Shown here: positions 8,902 to 19,900 of the stretch, piece after piece
Layout: each line of letters opens with the position of its first letter
Position numbering within the stretch: position 1 is the first letter of the stretch
Program-made: the position numbers and the translations under genes
Notes under the pieces: generated by a model
Database searches by the model: none
Told to the model about the DNA's origin: nothing
What the model saw: only the letters and a program-made list of their open reading frames with translations
NCBI GenBank assembly: GCA_965198005.1
Contig: CBDAOI010000002.1
Coordinates: 96,001 to 160,000, forward strand
DNA: 64,000 bases
Direction of reading: 5' to 3'
Source of the DNA: Spirochaetia bacterium
Lineage (GTDB): Bacteria > Spirochaetota > Spirochaetia > SZUA-6 > Bin103

Positions 8902-10095
8902 ATGGTCCGGATGGTGACCAGAATCGCCCTGAAGAACTACAAGAGCATCGCCGCGTGCGACGTGCGACCGGCGGCGCTCTCCTTCCTGGTGGGCCCCAAT
9001 GGGTGCGGCAAGAGCAACTTCCTGGATGCGCTGCGCTTCGTCGCCGAGGCCGTCCGGTGTTCGCTGGACGACGCGCTACGCGCGCGCGGCGGCATGCAGG
9101 AGGTGCGCCGGCGCGCGGGCGGCCAGGCCAACCACTTCGGCATCCGGCTCGACCTGCGGCTGCCGCGGGCCGAGGGCTGGTACGCGTTCGAAGTGGCGGC
9201 GAAACTCGGCGGACGGTACGGCGTGCGCCAGGAGGAGTGTGCCGTGGAGGGTCCGGACGGCCGCAGCTTCTACCGCGTGGTGGACGGACAGGTGGTGGCC
9301 GGCACGATCCCCGATCCACCCGCCGCGGCCGGCGACCGCCTGTATCTGGCCGCCGCGGCGGGGCTGGACGGGTTCCGTCCGCTGTACGAGGGGCTCTGCG
9401 GCATGGCGGTCTACAACCCGAATCCCGCGGCGATCCGGGAACTCCAGGCGCCGGCCCCCGGCGCGCCGCTGCAGCGCGACGGCGGCAACCTGGCGAGCGT
9501 CCTGTCGACCCTCGAGCGCAGCCGGCGGACCGCCGTGGAGGAGTACCTCGCGGCGATCAGCCCCGGCATCAGGGGGGTGGCGGCGCGGGCCGAGGGCGGC
9601 GCGCTCACCCTCGACTTCCGGCAGGAGGTAGGCGGTGCCCGACGCGTGCGCCGGTTCCCGGCCCGCGACGTGTCCGACGGCACCCTGCACGCGCTCGGCG
9701 TCCTCGTGGCGCTGTTCCAGGGCGGCGGCGGAACCGCTCCCCGGCCCACCCTGATCGGCATCGAGGAGCCGGAGGGCACCCTGCACCCGGCCGCCGCCGG
9801 CGTGCTCATCGACAGCTTCACCGAGGCCGGCCGCTCGGCCCAGATAATCGTCACCACCCACAGCCCCGATCTGCTCGACACCGACGCCATCGCCGACCCC
9901 TCGATCCTCGCCGTGCACGTGGACCACGCCGAAACCCGCGTCGGCCCCCTCGACGAAGCGGCCCGCTCCGCCATCCACGACCACCTCTTCACCGCCGGCG
10001 AACTGCTGCGCAAGGACCAGCTCCGCCCCGACCCCGCCCAGTCCGCTCCCCCCCACCTCGACCTGTTCGAGCCGGCTCGACTGATCGCTCCTTGA
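8902..10095 (+). CDS. ABC-type/AAA_21 predicted ATPase
   Basis: LKNYKSI, GPNGCGKSN, VSDGT, IGIEEPE..LHP, TTHS. Confidence 0.85.
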   Translation: MVRMVTRIALKNYKSIAACDVRPAALSFLVGPNGCGKSNFLDALRFVAEAVRCSLDDALRARGGMQEVRRRAGGQANHFGIRLDLRLPRAEGWYAFEVAAKLGGRYGVRQEECAVEGPDGRSFYRVVDGQVVAGTIPDPPAAAGDRLYLAAAAGLDGFRPLYEGLCGMAVYNPNPAAIRELQAPAPGAPLQRDGGNLASVLSTLERSRRTAVEEYLAAISPGIRGVAARAEGGALTLDFRQEVGGARRVRRFPARDVSDGTLHALGVLVALFQGGGGTAPRPTLIGIEEPEGTLHPAAAGVLIDSFTEAGRSAQIIVTTHSPDLLDTDAIADPSILAVHVDHAETRVGPLDEAARSAIHDHLFTAGELLRKDQLRPDPAQSAPPHLDLFEPARLIAP

Positions 10096-10130
10096 CCTCG
10101 ATTCGCGGTCCGGTGGAACATCCGCTCCTG

Positions 10131-12701
10131 ATGAACGACAGCCGCCCCGACACCGGAACCAATGGCCTGCCGCCACTGACGGGCATTCGCGTCGTCGACT
10201 TCGGCCACTACCTCGCCGGACCGCTTACCGGCATGCTGCTGGCCGATCAGGGCGCCGAGGTGATCAAGATCGACCGTCCCGGCCAGGCCTCGTGCGCCAC
10301 TCCCGCGGGCGCGGTATTCAATCGCGGCAAGCAGCTTCTGGAACTGGACCTGAAGAGCGCCGCCGGCCGCGACGCCGCGCAGCAACTGGTGGCGTCGGCG
10401 GACGTGCTGATCGAGAACTTCCGCCCCGGAGTGATGGAGCGGCTCGGGCTCGGTTCCACCGCCATGGCGACCGCCAACCCGCGTCTGGTGTACCTGTCCC
10501 TGCCGGGCTTCGGCGCCGGCGAGGAACGTGCTTCACTGCGTGCCTTCGAAGGCGTGCTCAGCGCGGCCACCGGGGTGTTCACCGACCTGCATTGGATTCG
10601 CCGCGAGCTGCAGGCGCCGCCGCAGTACACGCCGATCCCGCTGGCCTCGGCCTACGGCGCGGTCCACGGCGCGCTGGCGGTGACCCTGGCGCTCTACGCG
10701 CGTGCGGAGAGCGGGCGCGGCGAGGTGATCGAGGTGCCGCTGGCCGGCGCCGCGCTGTCGGCGATGGGCGCCTTCCTGCTGCGCGTGGCGGATGCGCCGG
10801 CGCGCTACGGCAAACGTCCCAATCCCGCCAACGACGCGCTGCGCGCGCGGATGCGGCAGGCCGACGCGGCCGAGCGGCGCCGGCTGATCGATCAGCTCCG
10901 TCCGTGGCTGCCGCCGATGTTCGACAGTTACCAGGCCGGCGACGGCGGCTGGGTGTTCCTGCTCGCGGGCAACAGCCGCCGCAACTCGACGCAGTTGGTC
11001 AAGGCGCTGGGGATCTACGACGGCTTGATCGCCGACGGCATGGTCGACCTGCCGCCCTACGCCGACCTCACGCGGACCAACAACATCCAGGATGTCGACG
11101 GCCTGTCGCGGGAGTGGAAGAAAACCCTGCGCGACCGGATGGCGGCCGCCTTCCGGCAGAAACCGGCGGACGACTGGACGCCGATCATGCGCCGGTTCGG
11201 GGTGCCGTTCAGCGTCCACCGGACCACGCAGGAGTGGTTGCACGCCCCGGAAACCGATGCCGCGGCGCTCACCGTCGAGGTAGAGGATCCGGTGCACGGA
11301 GCGATCCGCCAGTTCGGCGTGCAAACCTCGCTGGGCCGCACCGCCGAGCGGTGGCACCAGCCGCAGCCGGCCCGACCGGGCGACCTGGGCGCTCTGCTGC
11401 CGGATCGCGCGGCCGCGTTCGCCGCCGACGGCGGCGGCGCCGATGGAACCGATGGAGGCGCGGCGCAGTCGGCCCCGCACCGGACGCAGATCCTCGCCGG
11501 CATCAAGGTGCTCGACCTGTCCACCGTGCTGGCCGGGCCCTGCTGCGCCCGCACGCTGGCGGAGTATGGCGCCGACGTGATCAAGATCGACGCGCCCGAC
11601 CCTTACTTTCTCCCCTCGACCGCGTGCATGCTGCACCTTGAGGTGAGCCAGGGCAAACGCAGCATGATCCTGGACCTCAAGCAGGCGGCGGGCAAGCGCC
11701 TGTTCCAGCAGTTGGCCGGCGATGCCGACGTGATCGTGCACAACTTCCGCCCCGGCGTGGCCGAGCGGCTCGGCATCGACTACGCCAGCGTGGCGCGCAT
11801 CAACCCCGGCATCGTCTATCTCAACCTGACCGCGTTCAATGGGCCGCGGCGCGGGCCGTGGACCGAACTGCCCGGCTTCGACCCGGTGCTGCAGGCGGCC
11901 ACCGGGATCCAGCTCCGCTACGGCGGCCCCGGCGAACCGCCCGAGCTGCACGGCTTCGCCTCCTGCATCGACTACCTGACCGGCTACTCCGGCGCCTTCG
12001 GCATCGCCCTGGCCCTGCTGCGCCGCACACGCGAGGGCGGCGGCGACCTGGTGCTCACCTCTCTGGCGCAGAGCGGGCAACTGGTGCAGGCGCCGTTCGT
12101 GTGGGCCACCGCAGATGCCCGGCCCGACGACCGCCCGCACGGGCAGGAGGCCCTGGGTGCGCACTCCCTGGAGCACCTCTACCGCGCCGCCGACGGCTGG
12201 CTGATGCTGACCGGCCTGCCGGCGGACCTGCCGCGGCTGCGGGATCTTCCCGAGCTGGCGGCGACGCCGGTCGAGGCGTCCGAGGAGGCGGCGCGCATCG
12301 CCGCCATGCAGGCGGCCATCGCACAGCAGCCGCTGGCCCACTGGGAGCAGGCGTTCAACGCCGCCGGCTTCGGCTGCCACCGCGTCGCCTGCATCGAAGA
12401 CCTGCGCCGCGCCGGCCTGCGCGAGCTGACCGACGCCGAGCGCGCGGCATGGCGTGACGGCCCGTCGATCTCGGTCATCCGCCTGCTCGACCACCCGGTC
12501 GGCAGCCCGGTCGACAACCCGGCCCCCACCTACGCCCGCTTCGCCACCACCTCGCTGCGCCTCACCAACCCCATGCCCAAGATCGGCAGCCACACCCGCT
12601 CCATCCTGCGCGAGCTGGGCCACGACGACGCCCGGATCGACCGCTGGATCGCCGCCGGGGTCGCCGCCGAGCAGATCCACGACGCCTACCTCCCCCACTG
12701 A
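10131..12701 (+). CDS. Tandem (two-domain) CaiB/BaiF family III CoA-transferase
   Basis: Two repeats of V(V/L)D(F/L)...AGP...G(A)(E/D)VIKID...NFRPGV.ERLG. Confidence 0.9.
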   Translation: MNDSRPDTGTNGLPPLTGIRVVDFGHYLAGPLTGMLLADQGAEVIKIDRPGQASCATPAGAVFNRGKQLLELDLKSAAGRDAAQQLVASADVLIENFRPGVMERLGLGSTAMATANPRLVYLSLPGFGAGEERASLRAFEGVLSAATGVFTDLHWIRRELQAPPQYTPIPLASAYGAVHGALAVTLALYARAESGRGEVIEVPLAGAALSAMGAFLLRVADAPARYGKRPNPANDALRARMRQADAAERRRLIDQLRPWLPPMFDSYQAGDGGWVFLLAGNSRRNSTQLVKALGIYDGLIADGMVDLPPYADLTRTNNIQDVDGLSREWKKTLRDRMAAAFRQKPADDWTPIMRRFGVPFSVHRTTQEWLHAPETDAAALTVEVEDPVHGAIRQFGVQTSLGRTAERWHQPQPARPGDLGALLPDRAAAFAADGGGADGTDGGAAQSAPHRTQILAGIKVLDLSTVLAGPCCARTLAEYGADVIKIDAPDPYFLPSTACMLHLEVSQGKRSMILDLKQAAGKRLFQQLAGDADVIVHNFRPGVAERLGIDYASVARINPGIVYLNLTAFNGPRRGPWTELPGFDPVLQAATGIQLRYGGPGEPPELHGFASCIDYLTGYSGAFGIALALLRRTREGGGDLVLTSLAQSGQLVQAPFVWATADARPDDRPHGQEALGAHSLEHLYRAADGWLMLTGLPADLPRLRDLPELAATPVEASEEAARIAAMQAAIAQQPLAHWEQAFNAAGFGCHRVACIEDLRRAGLRELTDAERAAWRDGPSISVIRLLDHPVGSPVDNPAPTYARFATTSLRLTNPMPKIGSHTRSILRELGHDDARIDRWIAAGVAAEQIHDAYLPH

Positions 12702-12715
12702 CGGATGTGGCACAA

Positions 12716-13046
12716 TGGCAAAAGGACGGTGAACGCGCGAGCCTGACCGCCCGATGATCGTCAAGGACCTGCTCACCCACACCTCCGGCCTCACCTACGG
12801 CTTCATGCGCAGCCACGCCGTGGACGCGCTGTACCGGGCCCGCATCGGGCTGCCGCCAAAGGAGTCGCTGGAGGCGGTGATCGCCACGCTCGGCGAGCTG
12901 CCGCTGCAGTTCTCGCCGGGCAGGCGCTGGCAGTACGGCATGTCCACATCGCCCAACTCACCAACTCGGACGGCGTCCCCGCCAGCCCACCCCGCGTGCT
13001 CCGCCGCCTCCTCAAACCCCTGATCTACCAGGCCCTGGTCGACTGA
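12716..13046 (+). pseudogene. Fragment of serine hydrolase (beta-lactamase/EstB-like)
   Basis: DLLTHTSGLTYGF, LPLQFSPGRRWQYGMS, then an out-of-frame C-terminus LIYQALVD*; the SxxK N-terminal part is missing. Confidence 0.75.
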
Positions 13047-13089
13047 CCCTCGGCCGCAACGCCGTCGCGGCAGTCACCGCCGCCCTCCG

Positions 13090-14616
13090 TCATTCAAGCG
13101 GAAGCTCTTGCGGCGCGACAACGTAGCGTACCGGGCTCTTCTCCTTCACCAACGTGCGTTCATCAACGAGGCGCTTCAACCATGGGCCCAAAGTCGTCGC
13201 GGATATCTCCAGCTCGTCGGCGATTGTATTGCGGTCTCTTGGTTCCACGCAAATGCTCTGCACGTAAGAACCGACCTCTCGATAGAGAAGTTCGGCGTAG
13301 GAACTACCCCGATATTGAACTGACGGAGCCGACTCCAAAATCACATCCGACTTCGCTTCGTCGTCCTGCGGTGAGATAACGTAGGTCTCTCTACCAAGCT
13401 TCTCCACGGCTCCGCCAGCGGCAAGCCGCTTCAGCCAGGTATTGGCCATGGTCTTGGGGACTCCCAACTCGGCGGCAACATGCTCGGCCTTCTGAGGTTC
13501 GGCACAGATGCGCGTGACGTACGACTCGACGTCTCGAAGGAGAAGTCGCGCGTAGTCCTGCGGCTGGGGCAATGCATCGGCCGGCGCGGAGATGGGTTCC
13601 GGGCTCGTCGCGCCAATCTCCGGTCCCACGGAGCGTTCGACCTCGCCAGTCGCCGGTTCATGCACAGAGACGACGCGACCAAGAATCTCCTCGATCCCAT
13701 CCGCGTCTTTCGGTTCTGGCCACGGGCGTGCGCCACGATCTTGCAGAGCCTCAAGGCCCGCGGAAGGATCGCCGCTCGAACGCACGAAGACGGGCACGGG
13801 GTACTTTTTCAACTGCTCGACGGCCCCGGACCACGTGCCCCCTCGGTTGAAGTCCGCGTTCACCACCAGACCCGCTTCCGCCAGTGCATAGATCACCTTG
13901 TTGCGCTGCATCGCCTGCGCGACCGTGAATCTCAGGCTCGGGTCGAATGGAGAAACCAGTACGAGCCGCTCTTCCAGCATCAGGTTGCGATGCTCGCGGT
14001 TCATGACCGTCCTCTCCAAGTCTCCGGGCAGCACTCCTACGACGCGGCCACCGGCCTCCAAAGCACCGTTCATGGCGGCCCGATCAACGCCTCTGGCACC
14101 ACCCGAGACCACGGTCAACCCGGCGCCGGCGACCAGCGCTGCAGTTTCCCGCGTGTACTCGATGAGTGGATCAGTAACGTCGCGCGATCCGACAATCGCG
14201 AAGCTCCGGGTATGCATGATCTCTTGCAGTCCACACCCGTAAAGCACGCTCGGCGCATCGTTCTTCAAACGCTGCTTGAGCAACGGTGGGTAGGCTGCAT
14301 CGGCGCGGCTCACGACCCAGATCCCTCGCGTCTGCCAACGCTCCACCGCCTGGCTCAGCAGGAATCCTCGGTTCAGCAATGCTCTCAGGCGAGTCTCGTC
14401 GATCACCTCGCCGCATTGCGCGAGGAGCCGATCAGCCCCCGACTCCAGCAGGTTGGCCGGCTCGGACTGGAGCGATGCCAGACAAGGGGCCAGCTTCCGG
14501 TACTCGCCGGCGGTAAGGATTTGCGCTCGTGGCCCGCGGTTGCCGACGACCAGGGGAGCGGTGAGCAGCAGGATCGCCATGGTGTTGGCGGACAGGCCAT
14601 CGGCCCCGTTCATCAT
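13090..14616 (-). CDS. dprA: DprA/Smf-family protein with duplicated C-terminal wHTH
   Basis: YPPLL, AIVGSR, VVSGGARGVDRAA, AMQRNKVIYALA, GGTWSGA. Confidence 0.88.
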   Translation of the reverse strand: MMNGADGLSANTMAILLLTAPLVVGNRGPRAQILTAGEYRKLAPCLASLQSEPANLLESGADRLLAQCGEVIDETRLRALLNRGFLLSQAVERWQTRGIWVVSRADAAYPPLLKQRLKNDAPSVLYGCGLQEIMHTRSFAIVGSRDVTDPLIEYTRETAALVAGAGLTVVSGGARGVDRAAMNGALEAGGRVVGVLPGDLERTVMNREHRNLMLEERLVLVSPFDPSLRFTVAQAMQRNKVIYALAEAGLVVNADFNRGGTWSGAVEQLKKYPVPVFVRSSGDPSAGLEALQDRGARPWPEPKDADGIEEILGRVVSVHEPATGEVERSVGPEIGATSPEPISAPADALPQPQDYARLLLRDVESYVTRICAEPQKAEHVAAELGVPKTMANTWLKRLAAGGAVEKLGRETYVISPQDDEAKSDVILESAPSVQYRGSSYAELLYREVGSYVQSICVEPRDRNTIADELEISATTLGPWLKRLVDERTLVKEKSPVRYVVAPQELPLE

Positions 14617-14683
14617 CTCGTGTCTCGTCCGAAAGTGCCGGCAATCGGCGATGCCTGTATCTCGACTATCATCGTCTTCCGTG

Positions 14684-16759
14684 TCATGAAGTGGCGCTGC
14701 TGCCTCCTGCATCAGCCAGGGCCAGGGGCCACACTTCCCCACTGCCGCGGCGCCGAAGCTCCCAGGCGACCACGGTGAAGGTCCAGCGCGAGTCTACCAT
14801 GTCATCTACCAACAGCACGGGCCCGGGAAGCATCTGACGCCGGTCGACCACCAGCGATCCGATAACATTGCGCGCCTGCTTGTCGCTGTTCTCCATCGTC
14901 TTCTGCTCCGGTCGCTCCTCCTTCCGCTCGAGCACCGCTTGAAACGGAAGTTCAAGCGCATGGGCCAGCCGTCTGGCAAAGTCAGGCACCAGATGCGGAC
15001 GCCGGTGCGAGGGCACGGCGGCAACCCAGGTGGGATACGGGGCAGGCTGCCACTTCCGAACCAGGGCCGCGCAGGCGTCCACGAGCTCCTCGGCGAAATG
15101 ATCGTCTCGGTACTTTCCGTCCGCTACCAGGCGGCCCCAGCCGGCATCTCCCCAGACGCACAATGCCATTCCCGGCTGCGCACGATGTTCACGCTCGATC
15201 CACTTGCCGGTTGGCCATTGCTTGCGCGGAACGATCGGCAGGTTCTCGTTGCGGAGGAAGGTGATGGCGTCCCTGACGCTGGCCGGATGCACGGTTGTCG
15301 GCAGGTGGGGCACCTCGGGCGGTCGAAAATCGCCCGGGTCGCCGTCCAGCGACCGGATGAGAAACTCCATGTGGTCGGAGGAGAGATCCACGTACTGCTG
15401 CATCTGTTGCTGCTCTGCCTGCCTGAGTTCGGTGAGCCGTTCCGTCCGCTGCCAGAACGCCTCGCTCAGTCTGGCCGCCGTGAGCTGCCACTTCGTGCCG
15501 AACGTCGCTATTGGCGCGGGTGACTCGAGCGCGAGGAGCTGGATCGTCTTCCGTATGCGCCCGTAGCCGAGGTTGACTTCGGCTGCGATCTCGCGAATCG
15601 ACAGACCCTCCGGGGCGGCCTCCAACGCGTCGAGGACGGCCGCGACCTGATCGCGATTGGGGAATGCGCTCGCTATGAAGTAGTTCGTGATGTCGGTTTC
15701 TTCGGTACCGCTCAGCAGCACGCCGTAGGCCGCATCGAGCGCGCGACCCGCGCGCCCCACCTGTTGATAGTAGGCCACGACCGAGCCTGGCGTCTGGTAG
15801 TGGATGACGAATGCGAGGTCCGGTTTGTCGAAGCCCATCCCCAATGCCGTCGTCGCGACCAGCGCTTTCACCTTGTTGTCAAGGAGAGCCTGCTCCAGTT
15901 CGGGCCGGCGCTCACCTGACTTGCCGGTGTATGCCTCGGCCTCGATGCCGCGCGTCCTGAGCCATCGGGCCACCTGCTCGGCGTCGCGGATCGTGAGGGT
16001 ATAGACGATTCCGCTTCCCGGCAGGTCCAGCAGCAGGTCGGACAGCCACGCGAGCCTTTCCGCCTGACTGGGCAGGCGCATTGTCTGCAGCGCCAGCGAA
16101 GGACGCGCCAAGTCGCCGCGGGAAACCGTCAAGTTCGGGCCAAGGATCTTCTGCAGGTCCTCCATGACCCGATTGTTGGCGGTTGCGGTGGTAGCCAGCA
16201 GACGAAGATTCGGAGGCAAAACGCGGAGGGTGCGTTCGATCCGTCGGTAGTCAGGACGGAAGTCATGCCCCCAGTCGGAGATGCAGTGCGCTTCGTCGAC
16301 GACGAGGAGCGAGACCCGACTGCCGATTTGAGACAACACCTGGTTATTGAAGCGCTCGTTGGCAAAGCGTTCCGGCGCGATGAGGACGATGTCCACCTCG
16401 CCACGGCGTATCGCCGCCTCCACATCCCGCCAGCGCTCCGCATTGTCGGAATTGATGGTCTCGGCCCGCACGCCCATCCGCTCTGCTGCCGAGATCTGGT
16501 TCCGCATCAGTGCGAGCAGTGGGCTGACGAGCAACGCCGGTCCCATGCCGGCCTCGCGCAACAGCTTGGTCGCGATGAAGTAGACGAAGCTCTTCCCCCA
16601 ACCCGTCTTCTGCACCACCAGAAGCCGCCGGCTGCCCTGGAAGACGTGGCGGATCGCTTCTTCCTGGCCTGCCCGAAACCGCGCTCGCGGATCGCCCACC
16701 CCCGCTCGCAGCAGCGCCAGGGCCCGTGCCGAAGAAAAACTCCCTGGTGTCTGTTTCAT
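14684..16759 (-). CDS. RecQ-family helicase with C-terminal ComF-like phosphoribosyltransferase domain
   Basis: QKTGWGKS, DEAHCISDWGHDFRPDY, ALGMGFDKPD, QQVGRAGR; C-terminal VLLVDDMVDSRWT. Confidence 0.9.
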   Translation of the reverse strand: MKQTPGSFSSARALALLRAGVGDPRARFRAGQEEAIRHVFQGSRRLLVVQKTGWGKSFVYFIATKLLREAGMGPALLVSPLLALMRNQISAAERMGVRAETINSDNAERWRDVEAAIRRGEVDIVLIAPERFANERFNNQVLSQIGSRVSLLVVDEAHCISDWGHDFRPDYRRIERTLRVLPPNLRLLATTATANNRVMEDLQKILGPNLTVSRGDLARPSLALQTMRLPSQAERLAWLSDLLLDLPGSGIVYTLTIRDAEQVARWLRTRGIEAEAYTGKSGERRPELEQALLDNKVKALVATTALGMGFDKPDLAFVIHYQTPGSVVAYYQQVGRAGRALDAAYGVLLSGTEETDITNYFIASAFPNRDQVAAVLDALEAAPEGLSIREIAAEVNLGYGRIRKTIQLLALESPAPIATFGTKWQLTAARLSEAFWQRTERLTELRQAEQQQMQQYVDLSSDHMEFLIRSLDGDPGDFRPPEVPHLPTTVHPASVRDAITFLRNENLPIVPRKQWPTGKWIEREHRAQPGMALCVWGDAGWGRLVADGKYRDDHFAEELVDACAALVRKWQPAPYPTWVAAVPSHRRPHLVPDFARRLAHALELPFQAVLERKEERPEQKTMENSDKQARNVIGSLVVDRRQMLPGPVLLVDDMVDSRWTFTVVAWELRRRGSGEVWPLALADAGGSSATS

Positions 16760-16966
16760 GATCCGCGCGCCACTGTTCGCTCGACGTGTCGAGTGCCCTC
16801 TCCCAAAACAAGGTGTAGATGATGCCCAGACACGGGTCAATCCCGTTGATCGCTCCACGAGCTTGTCTCCAGCGCCATCGTTACGGACTACCTTCGCACT
16901 CGCTCGCAGGGCGCGAGCCGGGAACAACAAGCCGGCACCACGGCCATGAACGAAGTCCCTCCCGGT

Positions 16967-19900
16967 TCACGATGACGCGGAGATGCTCAGTATCTCCAGC
17001 GCCTCCTTGCGGTCCAGGTGCGGGTGGGCGAACTGATTTCGATAGCTGCGCAAGCAGCCGTAGCAACTCGAATCGCATCCGCACGCGCCGCTCACACGGT
17101 CCCGAGCGTGCCGGAGCACCGCCGCGAACACCTCTTCGCGCTCCAGTTGAGCAACCAAGCCAGCGCCACCGGGGACGTTGTCGTAGAGCACTATCGACGC
17201 GGTTGTCGATGCCACCGCCGCGGTCGCGTCGACGCCTGCGATCGTGACATTCAGGTCGGTGTCCGGCACCCCCAACCGTTCGGCTGCTCCCAACAGGAGT
17301 GCGTAACCCACGGAATAGGCCATCCACTCGCCGTTCAGGTGGGGCACCTGCAGCCGCACCACGTCCGTAACCAGCTCGTGCCCAAGCGAGAAGTGCCGCA
17401 GCGTACCGGAGCACGGGGTATCCCACGGAGTTCGGTGTTCATGCTCCTGTTCGGTGAGGTGGCTCCCGCACGTGAGACAGATATAGAATCCCTGCCGGTT
17501 ATGCCCCTCGCAGAGAACGACGAGCGTACCGGGCAGCGCCTTCGTCACCTCGATGCCGAACAGTTTCCTCGTCTCCAGACGGACGTCACCGCCGAATCCC
17601 TTGAAGAACGGGCGAGTCGTATACAGCCGGCGCACCCGGCCGCGCGGCTCTTTCGGCTGCTGAAACAGCGCCGTAACGAACCCGAACTGCGGGATGAGAT
17701 ATTGCCTCATCCCCGGTGGCCGCGGTCCGCTGTCCTCGATCTGGGTGAAGTTCCGCGCCTCATTGTAATCGTAGTATGGCGTCTGTAGCGCCTTGCCGGG
17801 TACGATCTTGACTCCGACCGATTCCCACTCCCGCTTGTCCGCTATCACCTTGCCGCCGGGCGCGTACTCGGCGATCGCCTGTGACAGATCCCTCTGCAAC
17901 GCCACTCCGGTGGACTCCCGCGATTGGCCGCTCCGGGTGTCGAGCTCCACCACGTCTACCGGAAATCCATACTTCGGGATGGCCGCCTTGCGCGACAGGA
18001 AGCTCAGGGTCTGCTCTTCCGCAATGGTCCTCATACGACGCTCGATGTGGCCGACTTTAGTCGTCCAGCCTTTCGGCTGCTCCCGTATCAGGACCTCCTT
18101 CGCCTCCTGCATGGCACGATAGTCCGCGCACACCTCCAGTTCGACTTCGGCAAGGCGACTTTCCGGTCCCGCGACGTGATCGACCCACCCGCCGCTGGTC
18201 AATCCGGTGGCTGGGTGCATCGGCTCAGGCACAATGCGCTTCAATGCCGACTGCAGCGCGGCGTTGCCATGGCAGAAACGCTTCAGTTCGGAGACCGCAT
18301 CCGGGGCCTGCCAGTCGCCGACGAACTGCTGTACGTTGATGAAGCGGCCGCCCTTCCCCAGGTCCCTGAAAAACGCCGACAAAGCGGTGGCCGCCATGTG
18401 CCGTACGACGATTTTCGTATTCGTCACCTGCAGACGCGGCGGCTGCAATGGACTGTTGATTATGCGTTCGCACGGTTTCTCGTAGTGATAGAGATCGTGT
18501 GGATTGCGGCGGCAGTAAGTAACGGCGAAGCCTGGAGTCTCGCTGCGACCAGCGCGTCCAACGCGCTGCGTGTAGTTGAATGGCTCCGGCGGTACGTTGC
18601 GCACGAACACCGCCTCCAGATCGCCGATATCGACTCCCACCTCGAACGTAGTTGACGAACTGAGCAGGTGGATGTCTCCGTTTTTGAACCGCTCCTGACG
18701 CTGCCGCGCTTCATCGCTTGCGATCTGCGCCGTGTGTTCTTCGGCATGCAGCGTCGGGGGCAACGACGCGCTCTCGTAGAGGATGCGGTAGTGGTTGTTG
18801 CTTAGCCGCCGTTGGTCGGCTACACGCAACCTGCCGGGACAACGGTTTCTCGGACAAACGGCGCGAATACTGTGCAGGCTGATGCTTGCGCACGTGTCGC
18901 ACTCCCAAATCTCGTCGGATCGAGTAAGTGCGATGCGCAGCCAGCGCGAGTTGAGACGAAACGTGCCATTGGCGCTTCCCCGGGACAAGAGCTGGTCGGC
19001 GGGGCGCGAGTTGCCGTCGCGTGTTCGTAAGACGCTCCACGCCTGCCTCATGAGCCGGATGGACACCGACCGCTTGTCTTCATCGGACAACCCGCTGTCA
19101 GACAGAAGCCGATGCAGGAAATGCGCTACGACAGCCGACGCCGCGGAGCCCCACTGCCTCACGTTGCGACGTCTCCCCGGTGCCCCGATACCGTACGACG
19201 CCTGCGGCCAGGGCGAGACGTCGTTCCAGGCCGGCGCGCCGGCCTCTGCAGGCAGCGCCAACGCGCCGCGCAGACGAAGCTCGTCGAGGAGATATGCAAG
19301 AAGTCCGCGAGTGTCTTGCTCGGACAGACTCCAGGGCGGCATTCGTGCTACCTCCGGCAGCGCTACGTCATCGGGAATCTCGACGCTCCACTTGAGCAGT
19401 CCGACCCCGCTCAACGACAGCCGGCGCTCGTCGGTCAACGCTTCGCTGAGAATCGACTCCAACACCCTTCGCCGTCTACCTTCGGCGGTATCAGAAGCGC
19501 TGAACAGCCCCGCATGATCCCATTGGCTGAGCAATCGGGATCTGAGGTCGTCGATGGACAGCCCCTCGGGAGCGATCGCGCCTTGTTGCAGAGCGCGCAG
19601 CATGAGATTGCGATCGCGCAGCTTGCCGTAGGAGTCCTCGGCGTACCAGGCGAAGAATGCCGCTTCCTGACGGCTGTCCGCAAACGCCAACAGCTTGCGC
19701 CCAGTTTCCGGCAGCAACTCGTGCAGAGCGGTGGCGATGACCGCGTTCGGGCCGTCCGAGCCGTGCACGATCTCCTGCACCGGATCTCCCACGCCGCCAC
19801 GCCGATAGCCACAGGTCGCGCACTCCTTCAATTGATCGGGTTGCTCCTTGTGGGACGCACACTTCGCAACGTGGAGCGCAGCCGGAGCGCCGCAGGTACA

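Noticed and set aside
1174-12794. Long alternative-frame and antisense ORFs (e.g. 1174..2997, 2603..4273, 10533..12794)
   Set aside because: Arg/Ala/Pro-rich shadows of real high-GC genes.
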